Positions 47,451 to 55,800 of a DNA stretch of 64,000 nucleotides are shown piece after piece. Source of the stretch: Gemmatimonadaceae bacterium (GTDB lineage: Bacteria > Gemmatimonadota > Gemmatimonadetes > Gemmatimonadales > Gemmatimonadaceae); contig JBJMOW010000005.1 in NCBI GenBank assembly GCA_045803545.1, forward strand, positions 1,216,001 through 1,280,000, in the 5' to 3' direction. The position numbers were made by a program, and so were the translations under genes. Below the pieces are notes generated by a model, which was not told the DNA's origin, searched no databases, and saw nothing but the letters and a program-made list of their open reading frames with translations. How positions within the stretch are numbered: position 1 is the stretch's first letter; the number at the start of each line of letters is the position of its first letter.

Positions 47451-47555
47451 GCAACAGAACGGGATGCCGGTTGCCTGTTGCTGGTTACGGGTTTTCGGTT
47501 AACAACACCGACAACCGGCAACCATTAACACGCAACCCGCATCCCGTTCTGTTGC
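47451..47555. repeat. Palindromic element, family C, between convergent genes
   Basis: Perfect 17-bp arms gcaacagaacgggatgc / gcatcccgttctgttgc; inner cggttgc ctgttgc tggttac gggtttt heptamers with complementary caacc units. Confidence 0.85.
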
Positions 47556-47563
47556 TTTAAGTC

Positions 47564-49174
47564 TTACCTGAACACGATCCACAGCGCCCCAATCAGCGCT
47601 GCCAGCAACACCGATAGCGTGATCTGCAGCGAGCGCTCTCTTGGCGCCACAACGACCTCCGCGGATGGAGCGACAGTCTGAATCGTGAGATCGGCCACGC
47701 GCTCAGGCGGTGGCGGCAGTGTCATGACGCTCACCACGATCAGGATCAGGCTGCAGAGAACGAACAGCATTGCCGCGAAATGCAGGAAGTTGATGTCCGC
47801 GTACCAGTAAAGCGCCGATCCCTGCGTGAGATGGGACTTGTCCAGCTCGAGCACCAGTCGCGCGAACCCGAGGACGAAACCGGTCCACAGCGCAGCCAAT
47901 GCGCCATTTCCATTCAGCCTCGGGAACAACACACCGAGCAGGAAAACAGCAGCGATCGGTGGAGCAATGTAGGCCTGCACGCTTTGCAGGTAGATATACA
48001 GTTGCGGTGAGACGTACTTCATCATCGGAATCCACGCCAGGCCTACTCCGACGAGTACGACGGTCGTGATACGACCGACGAACACGAGCCGTGCTTCAGT
48101 CGCGTCAGGCCGCCACTTACGGTAGACGTCCCACGTCAACAATGTCGACACGGAGTTGAACGCGGACGCCAGCGAGCTCATTAGCGCGGCGAGCATTCCC
48201 GCCAGCACCAGTCCCTTGAAACCGATCGGGAGCAGACGCGTGACCAGAATTGGGTACGCGGAATCAGTCTGGCCGTTGCGCACATCCTGATAGAGCGCTG
48301 CCGCAATAATGCCTGGCAGCACGAAGATGAAAACGGGTAGGACCTTGAGGTAGCCGGCGAAGATGGTTCCGCGGCGGGCTTCCTGAATGTTCCGCGCCGC
48401 AAGCACGCGCTGCACGATGTGCTGATCGGTGCACCAATACCAGATGCCAAGGATGGGCGCGCCGAAGACGACACCCGTCCAGGGGAAATCCTTGTGGTGC
48501 ATCGGCTTCCACATGGAGAAGAAGTCGGGCGGCACCGCGGCGCGGAGACCCGACCAACCACCGACGGCATGAAGGCCGATGAACATCAACGTCACCGACC
48601 CGAGAATGAGCACCACCGCCTGCATCACCTCGGTGTAGATGACCGCGCGCAGGCCGCCGAAGATCGTGTAAAGACCGGTGATAACGATGAGGATTGCGGC
48701 ACTGGTCCAGAAGTCGAATCCAGTGACCGCGCGCATCACGATTCCACCAGCGAAAAGAGTTACGCTGATTTTCGTGAGCACGTAGCCGACGATCGATACC
48801 CACGTGAAGTAGGAGCGCGCTCCGGGATTGTACCGTCGCTCCAGGAATTCCGGCATGGTATAAACGGCACTTCGCAGATAGAACGGAACGAACAGCCAGC
48901 CGAGCAGGAGCAGGATGAAGCTGGCTAGCCACTCGAAGTGACCGACCGCTAATCCGCTCGCAGCACCAGTCCCCGCGAGACCGACGAGGTGCTCGCTACC
49001 GATGTTGGACGCAAACAGACTCGCTCCAACCGCGAGCCAACCCACATCTCGGCTGGCGAGGAAGAAGTCGGCAGATACGTTTTTCTCGCGCTTCGCAGCC
49101 CACCAGGCGATCGCCGCCAGTAGCAGGAAGTAGGCGGCAATGACGAGAATGTCGATGAAGCTCAGATTGCTCAT
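47564..49174 (-). CDS. Sodium:solute symporter (SGLT-like sugar transporter)
   Basis: SLFASNIGSEH, TMPEFLERR, GGLRAVIYT, WYWCTDQ, AALMSSL. Start ATG 49174. Confidence 0.93.
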   Translation of the reverse strand: MSNLSFIDILVIAAYFLLLAAIAWWAAKREKNVSADFFLASRDVGWLAVGASLFASNIGSEHLVGLAGTGAASGLAVGHFEWLASFILLLLGWLFVPFYLRSAVYTMPEFLERRYNPGARSYFTWVSIVGYVLTKISVTLFAGGIVMRAVTGFDFWTSAAILIVITGLYTIFGGLRAVIYTEVMQAVVLILGSVTLMFIGLHAVGGWSGLRAAVPPDFFSMWKPMHHKDFPWTGVVFGAPILGIWYWCTDQHIVQRVLAARNIQEARRGTIFAGYLKVLPVFIFVLPGIIAAALYQDVRNGQTDSAYPILVTRLLPIGFKGLVLAGMLAALMSSLASAFNSVSTLLTWDVYRKWRPDATEARLVFVGRITTVVLVGVGLAWIPMMKYVSPQLYIYLQSVQAYIAPPIAAVFLLGVLFPRLNGNGALAALWTGFVLGFARLVLELDKSHLTQGSALYWYADINFLHFAAMLFVLCSLILIVVSVMTLPPPPERVADLTIQTVAPSAEVVVAPRERSLQITLSVLLAALIGALWIVFR

Positions 49175-49254
49175 GGCGTTCGGTCCGGGTAAAGGGGGTC
49201 CGAGCGGGGATCGGCAAATTTGAGGACTTTGGCGGGCAGGCGCTATCCGGGCGG

Positions 49255-49359
49255 ATTGAGGCGTTCGGACCAAGTGCCAGTCCGGAGTGCGGATTAATCG
49301 AGGGATTCGGACCCGCAATCGTCAATTGATCCGCGGTGAGCTGGTCCGAACGCCTCAAT
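49255..49359. repeat. Palindromic element, family D, in a divergent promoter region
   Basis: Perfect 18-bp inverted repeat attgaggcgttcggacca 49255-49272 / tggtccgaacgcctcaat 49342-49359, with an inner stem. Confidence 0.8.
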
Positions 49360-49411
49360 TTGACACTCGCGGGAGCCGATCAACACATTCTGCCATCAAC
49401 CGGAGAGCCCA

Positions 49412-50305
49412 ATGAATCGCAGAAAATTCCTGGCGGCCGCCGGAGCGGCTGGCGTTGGCGGAGCCTTGGTTCGTACCGCAGGCAGCGAGGAGCTGGAAGC
49501 TGGCATGCGAACGACGTTCACCAAAGTCGCCAAACCCGGCCGACTGAATCTCTCCGCCTCGCGCTGGCCGTGGGGAAAGTTCACCCTCGACGAGATGTGC
49601 AAGATGTGCCGAGAGCTCGGCATGCAAGGCGTCGATCTGCTGGAGCCCGAGGACTGGGAAGTGCCGCGACGGTACGGCCTGGTGTGCTCGATGGGATACG
49701 CGCCGGTCGCGCATCCGGAGAATCGGCTCACCGACGGATTCAATCGCGTCGAGAATCACGCCTGGCTGATCCCCGGCTACGAAAAAGCAATTCCTCTCGC
49801 CGCCGCGTCGAAAGTGCCGAACGTGATTTGCTTCCCGGGCAGTCGTCGTGGCCAGAGCGACGAGGAAGGATGGGCAAACTGCGCCAAGGGCCTTGCTCCG
49901 CTGGTATCGCTCGCAGAAAAGCACGGCGTCACGTTGTGCATGGAGCTGCTCAACTCGAAGGTCGACCATCCTGACTATCAGGCCGATCACACCGTTTGGG
50001 GCATCACGCTCGCGAAACGAATCAACTCACCGCGCTTCAAGCTCCTTTACGACATCTACCACATGCAGATCATGGAGGGCGATGTCATCCGCACGGTCCG
50101 CGACAATATCCAATACATCGGCCACTTTCACACCGGCGGCGTGCCGGGCCGTCACGAGATCGACGATACCCAGGAGCTCAACTATCACACCGTGATGAAA
50201 GCGATTGCAGACGCGGGGTTCAAAGGGTTCGTTGCGCAGGAATTCATGCCCACTAAAGATCCTCGTCAATCTCTGGCGGAAGCAATCGCGATCTGCACCG
50301 TTTGA
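49412..50305 (+). CDS. Tat-signal hydroxypyruvate-isomerase-like TIM barrel (AP_endonuc_2 family)
   Basis: MNRRKFL twin-arginine signal; MELLN, LLYDIYHMQI, HFHTGGVPGRHE, QEF. Confidence 0.88.
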   Translation: MNRRKFLAAAGAAGVGGALVRTAGSEELEAGMRTTFTKVAKPGRLNLSASRWPWGKFTLDEMCKMCRELGMQGVDLLEPEDWEVPRRYGLVCSMGYAPVAHPENRLTDGFNRVENHAWLIPGYEKAIPLAAASKVPNVICFPGSRRGQSDEEGWANCAKGLAPLVSLAEKHGVTLCMELLNSKVDHPDYQADHTVWGITLAKRINSPRFKLLYDIYHMQIMEGDVIRTVRDNIQYIGHFHTGGVPGRHEIDDTQELNYHTVMKAIADAGFKGFVAQEFMPTKDPRQSLAEAIAICTV

Positions 50306-50309
50306 ACGT

Positions 50310-50438
50310 GACTGAGGCCCGAGGACTAAGTGCATCGATCATCGCGGACTAAGTGAGGAGCGATGACCAAAGCGCGCTTTGTCTGCAATCATCACTTAGT
50401 CAGCAATCATAGATGCCGTTAGTCGTCGGGCCTCAGTC
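50310..50438. repeat. Palindromic repeat element, family A, copy 2
   Basis: gactgaggcccgaggactaa... / ...ttagtcgtcgggcctcagtc arms; homologous to 15036-15204. Confidence 0.85.
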
Positions 50439-50534
50439 CGCACCTACTATAGTGAAGGTTCCCCAAACATCTGCGCGTTACTCAGTCGATACACTCGAGT
50501 TTGAGCCCTTTACCTGGAGATAATCGTCAATTGG

Positions 50535-50563
50535 TTGACGCATCCAACAAGCGTCAATAGGTT
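50535..50563 (+). promoter_or_regulatory. Sigma70-type promoter candidate
   Basis: TTGACG 50535-50540, 17-nt spacer, TAGGTT 50558-50563; overlapped by the direct repeat cgtcaaWWggttg (50525-50537, 50552-50564). Confidence 0.5.
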
Positions 50564-50610
50564 GCAAGTGAGGGCGCAAGATCAACATTGCGCTCAACTT
50601 ACATACAGAC

Positions 50611-50712
50611 ATGACAATCCTTTTCGTACACACGCTCACCATAAAGATGCCGGACGGCGCAATTCAGAATTGCGGCGGCGAGGCTAGTGGCGCGCGATGG
50701 CGAAGAGGTTAA
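50611..50712 (+). CDS. Putative leader peptide (33 aa)
   Basis: MTILFVHTLTIKMPDGAIQNCGGEASGARWRRG*; sits between the promoter candidate and a terminator hairpin in the 5' leader of the HAD operon. Confidence 0.6.
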   Translation: MTILFVHTLTIKMPDGAIQNCGGEASGARWRRG

Positions 50713-50731
50713 CAACACCCATGCTATCAGT

Positions 50732-50778
50732 AAGACGCCCCCGCCTCGTACCCATCGATGCGGGGGCGTCTTCGTTTT
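50732..50778 (+). terminator. Leader (attenuator-type) intrinsic terminator
   Basis: aagacgcccccgc 50732-50744 / gcgggggcgtctt 50760-50772, perfect 13-bp stem followed by cgtttt; about 60 nt before the HAD start codon. Confidence 0.75.
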
Positions 50779-50835
50779 GGACACCGGACTGGCGCGCCGG
50801 TGACTAATTCACTCGAAAGCGCCAATGGAGGATTA

Positions 50836-51639
50836 ATGAGGAAGTATTACCTGCTCGTGAGCGACTTCGATCAGACTCTGAGTTTCAACGACTCGGGTCT
50901 GGTGCTGGCTGAGATGATGGGCATTCCTGATTTCCAGGAGCGAGTCGCCAACCTGTCGCGCCTCAACCTGGTGCAATCAGGCGCCGAGCTCACCTACCTA
51001 CTGCGGCACGATCCGGATTTCCGAGCGGTGCGCGAAGAGCATCTGATCGAAGTCGGGCGTCGCATTCGTCTCAAGCGCAACATCGCATTGCTCGCCGAGT
51101 TCCTGAAAGACGGCATCGACGGATTCCGTTTCGATTTCTATGTCGTGTCCGCCGCGCCATGGCTCGTCGTGAACTCGGCCTTGAACGGTATCGTGCCACC
51201 CGATCACATCATCGGTGGCCACTTTGAGTTCAGTCAACAGACTGGCGAGATCGAGAATGTCATCCAGGTACCGGCTGGGTACGGCAAAGTCGCCGCGGTC
51301 GATTCGCTGCGGTGGCGGTTGGGCGTTCCAAGCGATCGAATCGTGTACGTCGGCGACGGTAGCTCTGACATTCATGTGATGCTGCACGTCAACCGCGGCG
51401 ACGGACTCACCATCGCCGCGTCGGAAACGCGCCACATTGCTCAGATCGCCCGCCGCACGGTCATCAGTGATGACGCCCTAAGCGTATTAATTCCGGTGCT
51501 CGAGGAGATTGCTGGCTTCGATCCGACCCAGATCCGCCTGGTTTTCGAGGAACAGGGGTTGCTGATTCAGGAGTGGGACCGCGTCAGAACGGATTGGCTA
51601 ACCATTCGAGATGGCACTGCCATCGCGGGGGCAGCTTAA
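50836..51639 (+). CDS. HAD-superfamily (IB-like) phosphatase
   Basis: GGAGG RBS; motif I DFDQT, motif II VSAA, motif III K (GYGK), motif IV GDGSSD. Confidence 0.88.
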   Translation: MRKYYLLVSDFDQTLSFNDSGLVLAEMMGIPDFQERVANLSRLNLVQSGAELTYLLRHDPDFRAVREEHLIEVGRRIRLKRNIALLAEFLKDGIDGFRFDFYVVSAAPWLVVNSALNGIVPPDHIIGGHFEFSQQTGEIENVIQVPAGYGKVAAVDSLRWRLGVPSDRIVYVGDGSSDIHVMLHVNRGDGLTIAASETRHIAQIARRTVISDDALSVLIPVLEEIAGFDPTQIRLVFEEQGLLIQEWDRVRTDWLTIRDGTAIAGAA

Positions 51640-51887
51640 TGCTTCAGTACCTCGGCTTCATGGGTGGGTTCATCACCGTATCGGCGTTCGTGCCCCAGGT
51701 TTATCGTACCTGGCGCACTCGCCATACGCGCGATCTATCGCTCGGTATGGTCGCGCTGCTGGTAACCTCTGGAGCACTGTGGCTGGCTTACGGGATTTAT
51801 ATCCATGACTGGCCGGTGATCCTGACCAACATCGGAATGGTGGTACTCAACGGAACACTCGTGACGGCAAAGCTGCGCTACGGATGA
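51639..51887 (+). CDS. SemiSWEET (PQ-loop) transporter
   Basis: 82 aa, three TMs, FVPQ, TRDLS, LWLAYG, PVILTN; TAATG overlap. Confidence 0.9.
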   Translation: MLQYLGFMGGFITVSAFVPQVYRTWRTRHTRDLSLGMVALLVTSGALWLAYGIYIHDWPVILTNIGMVVLNGTLVTAKLRYG

Positions 51888-52828
51888 CGGTAAGAGTCGT
51901 CAGTTTCCTCCCTGCCGCGACGGAGATCGCGTACGCACTGGGTGCGGGCGATTGCCTCGTCGGCCGGTCTCATGAATGCGATTACCCGCCGCAGGTGAAG
52001 GAACTGCCGGTGGTGAGTCGTCCGTCGCTGGCAATCGATCAGCTCGCACAAAGCGAGATCGATGCGGCGGTGTCGGAGAAGCTGGCGAGCGGCCAGAGTC
52101 TTTACCTCGTCGACGAGCAGCTGCTGCGAAAGCTGAGACCGGACTTCGTCTTCACCCAGGACCTTTGCCAGGTCTGCGCTCCGTCGGGCAACGAGCTGAC
52201 ACGCGCATTGGCAGAGATGTCACCTCGCCCGACGATGATCTGGCTGACACCGCGTAACCTCAGCGAGATCGAAGAGAACATCCTTTCGATCGGCGACGCA
52301 ACCGGAACCATCGAAACTGCGACCGAGCTCATCGAGCGCAATCGGCGGCGAATCGCACGCGTGGAGGATGCTGTGAGTGGCGCTCGTCCGCGTCGGGTTG
52401 TTTTTCTGGAGTGGGTCGATCCCTTCTTCTGCGCCGGTCACTGGGTGCCGGAGATGATAACGGCAGCAGGTGGCGTTGATCCGATTGGCCAAGCCGGCGG
52501 CGATTCGCACCGAATGACGTGGGACGACGTGATCGACGCCGAGCCCGAGATGATCATCGTTGCGCCATGTGGGTATGGACTCGCGGATTCGATGAAGATC
52601 GCGAGCAATCTCCGGAATCGCACATCAGCAAGCGTATACGCAGTTGACGCGAACGCCTACTTCGCTCGGCCGGGGCCACGCGTCGCGGAAGGCATCGAGC
52701 TTCTCGCGCACATTTTCCATCCGGAATTGTTTGCGTGGGCCCACTCGCATGAGCCGTGGTCACGGATGGATCGCCGTCCAGGCGCTACCTACTCGGCGTC
52801 GCACTCCGAGACTTCTGCGACGGCCTAG
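51884..52828 (+). CDS. BtuF/TroA-like substrate-binding-fold protein without a signal peptide
   Basis: RVVSFLPAATE, GRSHECDYP, TQDLCQVC, GHWVPE, RPGPR; ATGA overlap. Confidence 0.85.
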   Translation: MTVRVVSFLPAATEIAYALGAGDCLVGRSHECDYPPQVKELPVVSRPSLAIDQLAQSEIDAAVSEKLASGQSLYLVDEQLLRKLRPDFVFTQDLCQVCAPSGNELTRALAEMSPRPTMIWLTPRNLSEIEENILSIGDATGTIETATELIERNRRRIARVEDAVSGARPRRVVFLEWVDPFFCAGHWVPEMITAAGGVDPIGQAGGDSHRMTWDDVIDAEPEMIIVAPCGYGLADSMKIASNLRNRTSASVYAVDANAYFARPGPRVAEGIELLAHIFHPELFAWAHSHEPWSRMDRRPGATYSASHSETSATA

Positions 52829-55800
52829 CCGCAGCGTTCCCGCCAACGCGAATCATCATTAGCTGATCGTTGTTGCGGGCGATCGCCACCATCGGTCCAC
52901 GGACATCGCGCACCAATTTCATGTCTCTGATCTGACCGTCGATCGAGAGTCCGCTGTGCTGCATGTCGACTGGGGTGAAGTTTCCGTCTCCTTCGCCGCG
53001 CAGCATGAGTCCGTAACTCGCGTCGTAACGTCCAAGCATCGGCGTCACGTCCCAGAGATTTCCGCCGACGACGAGATCGATCTTTCCGTCGCCGTCAAAA
53101 TCTCCGGCGACTGCGGCGTAGACTGGCGCGAGCTGTGCCTCCGCCGGCAACGGCTTTAGCGTGAATCCGCCCTTACCGTTGTTGATGGCCACTGCGCTGC
53201 TAAACGTGTAGGCTTCCCGCACCTGCGCCGTTGGGAGGTCGGAGCGTGGCAGAATGTCTTCGATCCGACTCGCGCCAAAATCCTTGTACGTCGGGTACTT
53301 GTCGCGCAGCGATGGAATCCGCGCAACCAGCTCATCACGTCCCACCAGCGGATAGCTCACGCCATTTCTGTAGAAGGTGAGAATCTGCTCGATGTTGTCG
53401 CCGCCGCTGTGCGAAAAGTCTCCCACATACAACCGGGCTGGCTCCTTAGCCGACGCCTGCATGTAGGAGTTGGTGCCGAGGTTGCCGAGCACCAGATCCG
53501 GACGCCCGTTACCACCGAGATCGACCGCGGTCACAGTATTCCACCACCCATTGGTGTTGGCAAGACCTGCTTCCTTGGTGCGGTCGACAAGCTTGCCGTT
53601 CTCGTTGTGAAACATCGTGACGGGCATCCACTGCCCGACCACGATCAGATCGATCTTTCCGTCATGATCGTAGTCGACCCACGTCGCTGACGTCACCATG
53701 CCGACGTCGGCGAGCTGCGGCGCGACTGCATCAGTAACGTCGGTGAACTGACCGCTGCCGGTGTTTTGCAACAAGTGACTGTGCGGAATTATCCCGTACC
53801 TGTGCGCGACCAACCTGCTACCAATGAAAACGTCGGGATGGCCGTCGCCGTTGAAATCGCCAACGGCGACACAAGATGCGTTCTCGAAGATGTCAGGCAG
53901 GGCAATGCGGTCACGCGTAAAGTTGCCGCGACCGTCGTTCAGATACAGTCTCGGACGCAGCGCGTCCTCCCTGCCGGAGAATTCATTGCCGCCGCTGACA
54001 ACGAGCAGATCTGCCGCGCCATCGCCGTTTGCGTCGAAGAAAACCGCGCCGACATCCTCCGCGATACTGTCCGCTGCAATCGAAGGTTGGTCGCTGGCCC
54101 GAAATGTTCCGTCGCGCTGCTGTACGAACACTTGACCGGCCTGCCACTTCGCGCCGCCGACAAAGAAGTCGTCGAGTCCGTCGCCGTTCACATCCGCAAC
54201 CGCCAGCTTTGGTCCTTCTCGCGACAGCAATTGCGGGATGAGCGACTCGCGATTGTAATCGTAGAATGTGTCGTCGTGATGGGTGAACGTGGCGCCGATC
54301 TCGTCGGTGATGTCGGAGAAAAGCGGGAGGCGGGACGCGGGAGGCGGGACGCGGGAGGCGAGAGGCGGGAGGCGCCTTTGGTAAGTCCACATTCCCCGCG
54401 CGTCAGACTGACTCACGGTGAGGAACTGGTTTGCCGGAACATCGGTCAGGACTTGATACCGCTTGTCTGGCCAGACGATGGTGAGAGAGTCGACTTTCGC
54501 CGCCTTGCCGAGTCCGAAATGCGGCCGAGGATCTACCGATGACTCGAATCCGCGAGTGGGCTGCTGCTCGAGCAACTGAGTCGTCGCACCGACCCTGGCG
54601 ATGATTTTCGCGCCGATTCCTTCCGTGTTGCCGCCGGTGCCTTTGAGAACGATGCTTAAATACGAGTTTCCATCGATAGCTCGCGCATTGTTTAGGTATA
54701 TCGACGCCGGCGCGTTGATGTTGTTCACGACGAGGTCGAGGTTGCCACTGTTTGTCAGATCCACATATGCGGCACCGTTCGAAAATCCCGGCTGCGCGAG
54801 TCCCCACGAATCGGCGACGTTCGTGAATGTCAGATTCCCGTTGTTGTGAAACGCGTAGTTGGGCAGCGCAACACTCGGCATCTTCTTCAATAGCTCGAGG
54901 TTTGCCTGAATGATGGTATCGCCAAGCGACCGCTGCACCGCTTCCTGGCCGACGTAAGTGATGTAGTCCATGTCGTTCGGCCGCCGATACACGCCGTTGG
55001 TGACGAACAGATCCTTCTCCCCGTCGTTGTCGAGATCCGCGAACAGCGCTGACCAGCTCCAGTCGCTTGCGAACATGCCGGCGTAGTAACCGATTTCGCT
55101 GAAGCGGCCGTCGCCGCGATTCAGCTGCAGCATGTTCCGCGCAAACTGCGGATGATAGCCCGCCTGCAGTCGGCGATTGTAGATGTCCCAGCCTTCCAGG
55201 GTTGCGGTTGTCTTCAGGATGTCCTCGCGCTCCGGCATCATGTCCAGCGAGACGATATCCGGCCGCCCGTCGTTGTTGAAATCAGCAGCGTCCACTCCCA
55301 TGGAAAAGCGGCTGGTGTGTTGGATGGGAGGCGGGAGGCGGGAGGCGGGAGGCGGGAAGCGGGAAGCGGGAAGCGAGAGGCGGGAGGGGGGAAGCGGGAT
55401 GGGCGAAGCGGGAGGCGCGTTCGCGATAAGCTCGCTGAACGTGCCGTTGCAGTTGTTGATGTAGACGTAGTCGTCGCCCTGGAAGTCGTTGGTGACGTAC
55501 AGATCGGGACACCCATCGCCGTTCAGATCGCTCGCCACCACACCCAAGCCGTATCCATCAACGTCGTCGTGAATCCCCGCCGCCGCAGTGACATCGACAA
55601 AATGGTTTCCGTCATTCCGAAAGAGTCGGTCGCCAATCGGCGAACGACCGCCTCCCCCTTCCCCCATCCCGCTTCCCGCTTCCCGCCTCCCGCCTCCCGC
55701 CTCCCGCACTTTATGCGTCGAATGATCAACCAGGTACATATCCAGGTCGCCGTCGCCGTCGTAGTCGAAGAACAGCGCCTGGGTCGAGAATCCCCGATGC

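Noticed and set aside
50440..50835. Cobalamin or SAM riboswitch ahead of the BtuF-like operon
   Set aside because: No B12-box or SAM-I core motif recognisable by eye; the uORF plus terminator explains the region better. An Rfam scan is still advisable.
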